NCBI RefSeq assembly: GCF_031180965.1
Contig: NZ_JAPSLH010000005.1
Span: 150,284-214,283, forward strand
DNA from: Chelativorans sp.
GTDB taxonomy: Bacteria; Pseudomonadota; Alphaproteobacteria; Rhizobiales; Rhizobiaceae
Reading direction: 5' to 3'
DNA: 64,000 nucleotides
Part shown: positions 57,151-63,929 of the stretch, piece after piece
Layout: every line of letters starts with the position of its first letter
How positions within the stretch are numbered: position 1 is the first letter of the stretch
Program-made: the position numbers and the translations under genes
The notes under the pieces: generated by a model
Told to the model about the DNA's origin: nothing
Database searches by the model: none
Seen by the model: only the letters and a program-made list of their open reading frames with translations

Positions 57151-58194
57151 TCAGATTTTCGCCGACGGCGCCGGCCCATGGCTTGCGCGCGCCACCAGCT
57201 TCGGCCGGATCAGCCGTGTCAGCTTGGCATCGCGCGGCCCTTCGATGGCCGAGATCAGCATGTGGCCGATCTCGCGCGCCGCGATGCGTGTGCCGGCGTC
57301 GAAGGTGGTAAGGCCCGGCGGCGCATAGGCAGCGGCGGTGATATTGTCGAAGCCGACCACGGAAAGGTCGCGCGGGATCGACAGGCCCGCCCGCGCAGCC
57401 TCCTCCATGACCGTCAGCGCCAATTCGTCGAAGATGCCCAGAATTGCGGTCGGCCGGTTGGGGCGATGGAGAAGGTCGTTGATGGCGGCGACGGTGGCGC
57501 CGCGGTCGAAGCGCGGTGCGGCGACGATGTCGAGCCGCACCGATGGATCGCCGCGCCGCGCGATGGCCTCGCGCATGCCGCGCTCGCGCAGGTGGCGGAA
57601 GGTCATGGGATCGGTGATGCTGACCATGCCGAAATGGCGGTGGCCGAGCCCGTAGAGCAGGTCGAAAGCCTCGCCGAAGGCGGTCACGCTGTCCGTGTCG
57701 AGCCAGTTGTATGAGGTCCTGTCGTTCAGGAGCCGACCATGGGCGACAAAGGGAAATCCGCGCTCCATGAGATAGGCGAGCCGCTCGTCCCTCTCGGCGA
57801 TGCGCGGCACGACGACGCCGTCGGCGCGGCGGGATTCGACCACATGCTTGAGCACCGCCAGTTCCGACTGGCCCGGCTGGGCCGTCGCGATCAGAAGGTC
57901 GATGCCGTGCTCGACCAGGCCTTCGCCGAGACCGGTGATGAATTCACCCACATAGGAATCCATGAAATTGGGGCCGCGGATGGGCAGGACGAGGCCGACA
58001 AAGCCGCTGCGGCCGGAAACGAGCTGGCGCGCAGCCACATTCGGCACATAGCCGTGAGCCCGGGCGGCCTCGCGCACCCGCTCGCGCGTCCTCAGCGCGA
58101 TGGCTTCATGGCCGGCAAGCGCGCGCGAAACCGTCGTTATCGAGAGGTCGAGCTCCCTGGCGAGTTCCTTCAGCGTCATGCCGCGCGTGGCCAT
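57151..58194 (-). CDS. LacI-family transcriptional regulator
   Basis: MTLKELARELDLSITTVSRALAGHEAIALRTRERVREAARAHGYVPN (LacI HTH) plus a periplasmic-binding-like sensor domain. Confidence 0.9.
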   Translation of the reverse strand: MATRGMTLKELARELDLSITTVSRALAGHEAIALRTRERVREAARAHGYVPNVAARQLVSGRSGFVGLVLPIRGPNFMDSYVGEFITGLGEGLVEHGIDLLIATAQPGQSELAVLKHVVESRRADGVVVPRIAERDERLAYLMERGFPFVAHGRLLNDRTSYNWLDTDSVTAFGEAFDLLYGLGHRHFGMVSITDPMTFRHLRERGMREAIARRGDPSVRLDIVAAPRFDRGATVAAINDLLHRPNRPTAILGIFDELALTVMEEAARAGLSIPRDLSVVGFDNITAAAYAPPGLTTFDAGTRIAAREIGHMLISAIEGPRDAKLTRLIRPKLVARASHGPAPSAKI

Positions 58195-58241
58195 CTTGGC
58201 GAAACACTCCTGCTCCTTTTCTATCGAGCTGAACCACGTTG

Positions 58242-58255
58242 TGCAAACGTTTTAA
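58242..58255. promoter_or_regulatory. LacI-type operator-like half-palindrome upstream of the LacI gene
   Basis: TGCAAACGTTTTAA resembles the TGnAAACG/CGTTTnCA consensus (5 of 7 positions symmetric). Confidence 0.35.
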
Positions 58256-58666
58256 ATGGTACTCGGACAGCGCAGCTGGTGTGCTCGCCGGGGCGCCCGT
58301 TCCTGGCGGGGACCGGGCGAGGCTGAAGGCTGCGGCGAGAGGAACTCAGCGTCCGCTTAGCGCTGGCATGCATGGCAGCGATGTAGCGCGCCAACCGGGG
58401 CGAGCGCTGCCGGAGTCCGCCGTGCGAGGCCGGCGCGCGGTGCGGTATGAAGGATTCAAAGTCGGCGCGCGAGCGGGGCTCGCGGCACATCCTCAGGCAC
58501 AATGCGCGGTCAGGACATCTACCCGCGATCCCCTTGCAACCCGTCTTGCATGCGGGTCCGCACCAGACGCGGTACTGCTGCTCCCTGCGGCGCTACTATG
58601 ACCCGTATAATCGCGACGGATCGAAAACTATCCACGTGGAGGGGCGAAGTGCCAAGCCTTGTTTAC

Positions 58667-58711
58667 TGGTCGGAGTGGCAGGATTTGAACCTGCGACCCC
58701 CTCGTCCCGAA
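58667..58711 (-). other. 45-nt 3' half of tRNA-Pro(CGG): attachment-site core (att) of the adjacent integrative element, not an intact tRNA
   Basis: Minus strand reads TTCGGGA-CGAGG-GGGTC-GCAGG-TTCAAAT-CCTGC-CACTCCG-A-CCA. That is the anticodon loop (CGG), 3' anticodon stem, variable loop, full T-arm, 3' acceptor strand and CCA. The matching 5' strands (CCTCG, CGGAGTG) and the D-arm are absent upstream. Confidence 0.8.
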
Positions 58712-58795
58712 AAAGGTAGGCTCGCAGGAAACCCAGCAAATCCGGGCATTCTCGCTGCTCCTGATCTCGCTCTGTTCGGCTGATGTTCCGCGAAG

Positions 58796-58823
58796 CATTG
58801 CGGAAACATTGCGAACCGTTGCG
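58796..58823. promoter_or_regulatory. three phased (C/G)ATTGCG-like direct repeats between the att core and the int stop (candidate arm-type sites)
   Basis: CATTGCG at 58796, CATTGCG at 58807, CGTTGCG at 58817; 10-11 bp phasing. Confidence 0.35.
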
Positions 58824-58829
58824 GCGTTC

Positions 58830-59960
58830 TCAATAAGCATCGGCCGCCGATCTCTGGAACTCAGGATCATTGTGCAGGTAGGTGCGCTCATATTCCTCGA
58901 CGGTCAGGCCGAGAGAAGCGGCGGCCTCATTCGGCGGCACATGCGCCTGCGCAAGCCAGGTGCCGCGCGTATGGCGCAGGATGTGCGGTGTCACGTCTGA
59001 AGAAAGCCCGGCGGCGGATCTAGCGCTCCTGAATGCCTTGTTCTCCTTCACGATCGGCTTGCCCTGGTAGTGCACAACGAAACGGAGGCCGACCCTTTCT
59101 TTCCCTTCCGCATCCACTTCCCAGCCCTCCAAGCGCCTCCATCGCTTCATATGCGCCAGCAAGCGCCGCGCCATCTTCACCGGCGGCTTGCGCTTGTTGT
59201 GGGCGACACGCTCCCCCTCCGCTCGGCGAAAGATCACGCCGCGCTCCACATCGGCCCATCCGCCGGTGGTGTTCCGCATCCACTGGAGCCCCTTGATTGC
59301 CCCCGGCCGGGTGCCGGTATAGAGCCCGATCAGGATAAGCCGTGCCAGATGGCTGCGCTTCTGGTCGCGCCGGCGAATCCATTTATCGTAAGAGTTCGGG
59401 CCTTCTCCCTCCTTCACCTTTTCCCAGCCCAGCGCGGCCCACAGAAGCAGTGCTGCTTCCGGGCGCGTCAGGTACCGTTCCCTCGGCTGGCTCTTCTCCG
59501 GAAGGGTAAAGGCTGGCAGCACGTCCAGCCCGTATTCCTTGTGGTAGTAGCGGATAGCGGCGCGAAGAACCTCAAGGTCGCGCCTGGCCCCTGCCTGAGT
59601 GCCCCTGTGGGCGACGAAATCGCGGCAGAGCTTGCCCTTGATATCTGCAACCTTATAGGCGCCGAAGAACTCATTAAGCCGCGCGATGGCGGCTTCGGTC
59701 TCCTTCGGTCGTGAAGTGGATGGGGCTTTCTCCTCGAGGTAAACGAGGAGGACGTCCCCGATTGTTATCTCAGCGGCACGACCTCCCCGCGGGGCTTGGT
59801 ACTTGCTCGCGATGTACTCGGCGAGCTTTCTTTCCGCTTCTGAAGCTTCATGCGAAGCGCATCCTGTGCGGATATGCTTGGCGCCGTCGAGGATGACCCA
59901 GTTCGATTTTCCGCCTTCACGTCGGAGCCAGAGGCGGGGCGGCTTGCGCTTCTGAGGCAT
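58830..59960 (-). CDS. int: tyrosine recombinase / phage integrase
   Basis: Start at the ATG at 59960 (GAGGAG 11 nt upstream). MPQKRKPPRLWLRREGG.... C-terminal catalytic region TGTRPGAI (Arg I), HILRHTRGTW (H-x-x-R) and ERTYLH (Tyr). Confidence 0.9.
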   Translation of the reverse strand: MPQKRKPPRLWLRREGGKSNWVILDGAKHIRTGCASHEASEAERKLAEYIASKYQAPRGGRAAEITIGDVLLVYLEEKAPSTSRPKETEAAIARLNEFFGAYKVADIKGKLCRDFVAHRGTQAGARRDLEVLRAAIRYYHKEYGLDVLPAFTLPEKSQPRERYLTRPEAALLLWAALGWEKVKEGEGPNSYDKWIRRRDQKRSHLARLILIGLYTGTRPGAIKGLQWMRNTTGGWADVERGVIFRRAEGERVAHNKRKPPVKMARRLLAHMKRWRRLEGWEVDAEGKERVGLRFVVHYQGKPIVKENKAFRSARSAAGLSSDVTPHILRHTRGTWLAQAHVPPNEAAASLGLTVEEYERTYLHNDPEFQRSAADAY

Positions 59961-60160
59961 CGTTGCTTCATCTCCTCGATCGCGCGCTTGGTCACGAAGT
60001 CCTTCCTGGCGATCTGCATGATCTCGAGATTGCCCTTTGCCGCCTCGGTGCGCAGGGCCGACGGCGACAGCCGGCCACCGAAGAACAGCCGGCATGCCTC
60101 CGCAAGGGTAACGGGCTCGTCGTCCCCGATATCCACCATTTCGCGGAGGGGGCGCGTCAC
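59765..60160 (-). CDS. excisionase/AlpA-like HTH protein (N-terminal about 66 aa); the ORF runs on for 196 nt into int in another frame
   Basis: VTLAEACRLFFGGRLSPSALRTEAAKGNLEIMQIARKDFVTKRAIEEM has the pattern of Xis/HTH_17 proteins. The tail overlapping int is low-complexity and may be fortuitous read-on in high GC. Confidence 0.55.
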   Translation of the reverse strand: MTRPLREMVDIGDDEPVTLAEACRLFFGGRLSPSALRTEAAKGNLEIMQIARKDFVTKRAIEEMKQRCLRSASRPASGSDVKAENRTGSSSTAPSISAQDALRMKLQKRKESSPSTSRASTKPRGEVVPLR

Positions 60161-60387
60161 GGCGTATCCCCTTCCTTCTTATCGAGGGCGAGGCGGCCGG
60201 CTTCGGTGATCTCAAAGAGAAGCGGCAGGTCTCGCGGCTGATGTTCGGCGCTAACCGCGCGAGCAAGCCCGGCCATTATCAGCGAGGGCATTCTGTTCGG
60301 CCCTCCCTGCCGCGCCTCTGAGAGCGTTTTCGGGCCGCTCGCCAGTCGCTCAAGAATTGCTCGCTGGGTTGCTGTCAGCCTAGCCAT
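60157..60387 (-). CDS. phage hypothetical protein (76 aa)
   Basis: MARLTATQRAILERLASGPKTLSEA...; 4-nt overlap with the downstream gene; wHTH-like by eye. Confidence 0.5.
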   Translation of the reverse strand: MARLTATQRAILERLASGPKTLSEARQGGPNRMPSLIMAGLARAVSAEHQPRDLPLLFEITEAGRLALDKKEGDTP

Positions 60388-60718
60388 CCTTCGCCTCCTT
60401 TAAAGAGCGGATGGCGGCCCCTCCCTGTGCTTCAAGGGCGCGGAGGGTGGCGAGATATTCCCCGTATTCGGCCGGAAGCGGGCACTTGGCTATCTGGTCT
60501 CTCGCCCACTCGTTTTCGCCGTAGTCGCAAGCGCCGCATCTTCGGCATTCATGCACTGGAACCGAGCAGCAGGCATCATCGAAACAGCCGCAGTTTGCGC
60601 CGCCGAGACAGTGCCAATCATGGCCAAGCTCAGCGCAAGTGGCTGTCGCCGCTTCGTGCTCCAGTCGAGCTACTTCCGCCCGCGCCGCTTCAAGGCGTTC
60701 CCGCAGCTCACTCGCCAT
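60380..60718 (-). CDS. phage hypothetical Cys-rich protein (112 aa)
   Basis: Start at the ATG at 60718 (GGAGGG 9 nt upstream). HDWHCLGGANCGCFDDACCSVPVHECRRCGACDYGE holds 9 Cys in 32 residues (10 in the whole protein), after a coiled-coil N-terminus. Confidence 0.55.
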   Translation of the reverse strand: MASELRERLEAARAEVARLEHEAATATCAELGHDWHCLGGANCGCFDDACCSVPVHECRRCGACDYGENEWARDQIAKCPLPAEYGEYLATLRALEAQGGAAIRSLKEAKDG

Positions 60719-61115
60719 CGCTCTGGCCCTCCATTGCTTTGAGGACGGCAATACGATCTGGATGAACCTTTTCTGAAAGCTCGCTCAGCGGATCTATGCG
60801 CTCGTGCTCGGCGATCGTCATCTTCGGCACGCCGATCGTCTCGCCATAGCGGGCCTTCCATGTGGCCAGCCACTCGCGCCAGTTGTCGCCGTTGACTTGC
60901 TCGGCTTCTTCCTTGGCGTGGGCTAGGTCGGGATGGAGCGCCAGGATCAGAGGTTCGGCTTCGCGGCTGACGCGCGGAAGTTGGTGGGTGTAGAGGCTCT
61001 TGCCCGTCATCCAGTTGAGAACCTCATAAACCCCGTCTATGTGGTTTTCGGAGACGAGGCGCCCGGTGACAACAGACAGTACGGCGCCGGTTGGAAAGTC
61101 CTTCAGTTTACGCAT
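60708..61115 (-). CDS. phage hypothetical protein (135 aa)
   Basis: Start at the ATG at 61115. MRKLKDFPTGAVLSVVTGRLVSENHIDGVYEVLNWMTGKSLYTHQLPR.... Confidence 0.55.
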   Translation of the reverse strand: MRKLKDFPTGAVLSVVTGRLVSENHIDGVYEVLNWMTGKSLYTHQLPRVSREAEPLILALHPDLAHAKEEAEQVNGDNWREWLATWKARYGETIGVPKMTIAEHERIDPLSELSEKVHPDRIAVLKAMEGQSDGE

Positions 61116-61866
61116 CTTCCCCTCCTGCTGTAGGGGCGGCGGGGGCTGCCGATTTGGCAAGACGCTCTTCAGCCTCGTCATGCGCCTGAGCGCGAAGCAA
61201 CTCGAATAGGTGTTCTTTACCAGTTTTCCAGAACAGCTCGTGAGCGGCATTTTCCCAATCTTCGCCGCGCAAAACCGTCTCCGGCCCGCTCGGCACCGCC
61301 ATGTGCGGGGCATCCGGCTTGGATGACGCGAGGGCGGAGAGGACGCGCCGCTCGTAATCGGCTTGCGCGGCGGCTTTGGCGGCTTCAAGAGTCTGGTATC
61401 GTGAGAGATCCGTGTGTGAACCGGAAAGCAAGAACGGAAGACGCCCTTTCAACTCCTCGGCGGGGCGATCCCTCTGGTCATCGATATGGTAATAGCCCCA
61501 CGGCGTTTCAGCCCTGAAGGGGTTCCACTCCAGCGCCTTCACCGGCCCGCTCGGCTGCGGGGCGGGGTGGGCTTGATTGCACAATGCGTCAGCAACAAGC
61601 TGCGCCTGCGCCATCGTGGGGAATGTCATGAACCATTCGCCAGCGACAAGGCGATCATGAGGATTGTTCTCGCGTGCGGCAGTCGTACCAACTACCCCCG
61701 GCATTTTCGCCGGCGCGACGAAAACGGCAGGTTTTCCGTGCATGGTGCCGATATCTACGGCCCAGTTGCCTTGGCCAAACTCCGCCACCGCCTCCCCGCC
61801 CTCGGCATTGGCTTCTGCTCTGGCGGTCTCTCGGTCGATCTCTTTCCAGTTGATGTCGGGCATCAC
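61108..61866 (-). CDS. phage hypothetical protein (252 aa)
   Basis: Largest ORF of the chain; coding-like composition; overlaps both neighbours by 4-8 nt. Confidence 0.6.
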   Translation of the reverse strand: MMPDINWKEIDRETARAEANAEGGEAVAEFGQGNWAVDIGTMHGKPAVFVAPAKMPGVVGTTAARENNPHDRLVAGEWFMTFPTMAQAQLVADALCNQAHPAPQPSGPVKALEWNPFRAETPWGYYHIDDQRDRPAEELKGRLPFLLSGSHTDLSRYQTLEAAKAAAQADYERRVLSALASSKPDAPHMAVPSGPETVLRGEDWENAAHELFWKTGKEHLFELLRAQAHDEAEERLAKSAAPAAPTAGGEDA

Positions 61867-62186
61867 TCCCTCCCCTTGTCGCGGTAGGCGCGGGCGGCGC
61901 GAAGGTGGCCGACTTCGATGCTATGATTGCGATGGGTTATTTGCTGGAAGTCGTGGAACCCCTGCCAGTAGGGAGCAGCCACAGCAAACGGCTCGATCAG
62001 CCGATCCGCTTCGGCCTGCCTCTCTTCGAGGCGGGCGTTCTCCGCTTCCAGTTCAGCCACGCGGGAGGCGAGCCGGTCGCGCTCGGCTTCGGCTGCGAGG
62101 AGCGCCGTGATGAAGTCCTCGTGTGTCCAGTGCCGAAACACGAGCCGTCGCTCTTCCGCCTCGTCTGTCGTTGTGGTCTCAGTCAT
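61863..62186 (-). CDS. phage hypothetical coiled-coil protein (107 aa)
   Basis: LLAAEAERDRLASRVAELEAENARLEERQAEADRL heptad-like segment. Confidence 0.5.
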   Translation of the reverse strand: MTETTTTDEAEERRLVFRHWTHEDFITALLAAEAERDRLASRVAELEAENARLEERQAEADRLIEPFAVAAPYWQGFHDFQQITHRNHSIEVGHLRAARAYRDKGRE

Positions 62187-62314
62187 TGGCCGCCCCAGTC
62201 GTCGGGCTTGTCCAGGAATTCATCCGGATCTGGGCAAGCGATGGCGCGGAGCAGAATTGCTAAGATAAGCAGCGAGACCGCCACTGCAGCTGCTATGGCG
62301 AGGATCGTCGTCAC
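62183..62314 (-). CDS. unannotated 43-aa single-TM peptide
   Basis: GTG at 62314 has GGAGG 7 nt upstream. (M)TTILAIAAAVAVSLLILAILLRAIACPDPDEFLDKPDDWGGQ*. GTGA/ATGA overlaps on both sides. Confidence 0.45.
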   Translation of the reverse strand: MTTILAIAAAVAVSLLILAILLRAIACPDPDEFLDKPDDWGGQ

Positions 62315-62601
62315 TCTGCCGCCTCCATGATGCGAGGCTCGACGACGATCTGGTAGACGGTGACGTCTGGTTTACGGAAGAGCGACATGTCGCCGAAGGT
62401 GGCCTCGATCTTCTTCATGTCGTAAATGCCCTTCCTGGTGGACACTTTCTGAAAGGCGATAAACTGATCGCCCCCGAGGCTGTCGGCAGAGCCCATGGCC
62501 TTGGAAATAAGGACCTTCAGCTCCTCCTCTTTCGCTTCCAGAGCTTTTTTCTGCGCCCGCACGTCCGCGAGCTGATCAACGATGTGGCGATTGGACTTCA
62601 T
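62311..62601 (-). CDS. phage hypothetical protein (96 aa)
   Basis: ATG at 62601 preceded by GGAGGAAGTC. MKSNRHIVDQLADVRAQKKALEAKEEELKVLISKAMG.... Confidence 0.55.
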   Translation of the reverse strand: MKSNRHIVDQLADVRAQKKALEAKEEELKVLISKAMGSADSLGGDQFIAFQKVSTRKGIYDMKKIEATFGDMSLFRKPDVTVYQIVVEPRIMEAAE

Positions 62602-62798
62602 GACTTCCTCCGAATGAGGTTGAGCGCCGTCATCGCGGCCTTGGGGGCACGGTGGCTTTTCAGGGATGAGGCGAGGCCGAGGGCGCGGCGCGCGTGGTGC
62701 TCCGCGAGGAGCCGGTTGCCTTTGAGACACTGGAGCTTCGCCTCGGCGAACTCGGCGCGCATTGTCTCGGCGCGCAGGCAGACCGGATCAGGAAGCAT
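62598..62798 (-). CDS. phage hypothetical protein (66 aa)
   Basis: Track ORF; ATGA overlap with the downstream gene. Confidence 0.4.
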   Translation of the reverse strand: MLPDPVCLRAETMRAEFAEAKLQCLKGNRLLAEHHARRALGLASSLKSHRAPKAAMTALNLIRRKS

Positions 62799-62967
62799 CG
62801 GAGCCTCTGATGAGCTTGCGCACGAGCTTGGCCTGCCGCTTTACGTTCTCCTCGTAGGCCGCTGCTTTCCGCTCGGCTTCGGAACGATGGAGGTCGGGGT
62901 GATCGGTGCGGGCCAGCTTGTCTCCGAGAGCTTCGGCGGTGGCGATGTGACGGAGCTCGTCGGTCAT
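62788..62967 (-). CDS. unannotated phage hypothetical protein (59 aa)
   Basis: Own translation: MTDELRHIATAEALGDKLARTDHPDLHRSEAERKAAAYEENVKRQAKLVRKLIRGSDAS*. Confidence 0.4.
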   Translation of the reverse strand: MTDELRHIATAEALGDKLARTDHPDLHRSEAERKAAAYEENVKRQAKLVRKLIRGSDAS

Positions 62968-63056
62968 GACGCGAATGCTCCGAGATAGGCCGCGGCGACC
63001 GCGACGAAGATCGAGACGGCGGCGAGGGAGAGGAGGTCCTGGGCGAGGTCACGCAT
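62964..63056 (-). CDS. unannotated 30-aa single-TM peptide
   Basis: Own translation: MRDLAQDLLSLAAVSIFVAVAAAYLGAFAS*. ATGA overlap with the downstream ORF. Confidence 0.35.
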   Translation of the reverse strand: MRDLAQDLLSLAAVSIFVAVAAAYLGAFAS

Positions 63057-63276
63057 TGGAGCGGCCCTCCGACTTGGCGGCATGGATGCGCAGTCGATGC
63101 GCGGCAGTGGCCTTTGATCGCGCCGAGAATCTAGTTCCGTCAGGTGCTACGGCGCGCCAGCGCATGCCCGCTTCGGCGTCGATTGCGTCAACTACAGTCC
63201 CGAGGCAATTCGCTCCGGCGAATACGCGCCAAGCTGGCCACGGCGCCGCCGTATCGGTTTTCCGGAAGGTAAGCAT
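63049..63276 (-). CDS. phage hypothetical protein (75 aa)
   Basis: Start at the ATG at 63276 inside track ORF 63049..63768. MLTFRKTDTAAPWPAWRVFAGANCLGTVVDAIDAEAGMRWRAVAPDGTRF.... Confidence 0.45.
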   Translation of the reverse strand: MLTFRKTDTAAPWPAWRVFAGANCLGTVVDAIDAEAGMRWRAVAPDGTRFSARSKATAAHRLRIHAAKSEGRSNA

Positions 63277-63710
63277 CACGCCCTCCTCCTCACGCGCCGC
63301 ATCAGCAGCTCGTGCTCGTCGCGCCACGTGCCCAGCCCGGCATAGGCGAGGGAAAGGGCCTCGGCGGCCTTGCGATTGAGCGGCACCAGCGTGTCGAGCG
63401 CGCGGAGCTTTTCCGCGCCCGAGCAGTGCCGGTAGGCGTCGGCCATGGCGTCCGCGAAAGACATGCCGCTGTTGAGGTTGCCGCAGAGGCAGAGCGCCCG
63501 CTGGCTCTGATAGGTGGCGCTCGACCAGAACGCGGCACGGCCGGCAGAGATCGCCTTCATCGCCATGGCGCGCATCACGCCGTCGTCGCCGTAGAGGGTG
63601 ATTGCGTCCTGCAGGGCTAGGGGAGGCGCTGCAACGCCGCTTGCCAGCTTTGCCAGCACGTCTGTCAGACCAGGAGCGTTTCGGACTATGGCGTTCATGA
63701 AGGTTCCCAT
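63276..63710 (-). CDS. phage hypothetical protein (144 aa), first gene of the leftward operon
   Basis: Track ORF; followed without gaps by the overlapping chain; preceded by a repeat-bearing promoter region. Confidence 0.5.
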   Translation of the reverse strand: MGTFMNAIVRNAPGLTDVLAKLASGVAAPPLALQDAITLYGDDGVMRAMAMKAISAGRAAFWSSATYQSQRALCLCGNLNSGMSFADAMADAYRHCSGAEKLRALDTLVPLNRKAAEALSLAYAGLGTWRDEHELLMRRVRRRA

Positions 63711-63744
63711 CTCTCGGCTGAGCCGCTGTTGATGGGAGGATATT

Positions 63745-63792
63745 ATCGGGAAAAAAACCGAGGCGCAAGAGGGAATCGGGAATAAAACCGAG
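63745..63792. promoter_or_regulatory. two 18-bp direct repeats (candidate operators) upstream of the leftward phage operon
   Basis: ATCGGGAAAAAAACCGAG (63745-63762) and ATCGGGAATAAAACCGAG (63775-63792); 17 of 18 identical, 30-bp register. Confidence 0.5.
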
Positions 63793-63825
63793 CCAGGGTC
63801 ACGCGCCCGGGGAATTACCCTAATG

Positions 63826-63856
63826 AAAAGCCCCGGCAGAACGATCCGGCCGGGGC
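63826..63856 (-). terminator. rho-independent terminator (minus strand)
   Basis: Minus strand: GCCCCGGC-(11 nt)-GCCGGGGC followed by TTTT. Lies downstream of the partial ORF ending at 63930. Confidence 0.55.
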
Positions 63857-63929
63857 GTGCACTGAAATGGAAGTTGTCGATTATTCAGAGGAGAGGGCAG
63901 AGCCTGGTGCAGCTTTGCATGTCGATCGG

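Noticed and set aside
55816-57714. 632-aa plus-strand ORF antisense to the SBP and LacI genes; similar cases at 34810-36483, 36306-37421, 33170-34048, 47188-48666, 45000-46118, 46115-47191, 17055-17912, 24438-25760, 27060-28418 and 28450-29211
   Set aside because: All are antisense to, or out of frame with, genes that have strong family signatures. All have the R/A/G/P/H-biased composition expected from reading GC3-rich genes in the wrong frame.
58667-58760. Possible intact tRNA gene on the minus strand
   Set aside because: Only the 3' 45 nt fold as tRNA-Pro. The required 5' acceptor strand (CGGAGTG; forward cactccg), the D-arm and the 5' anticodon stem (CCTCG) are absent from the next 100 nt. 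It is an att fragment, not a gene.
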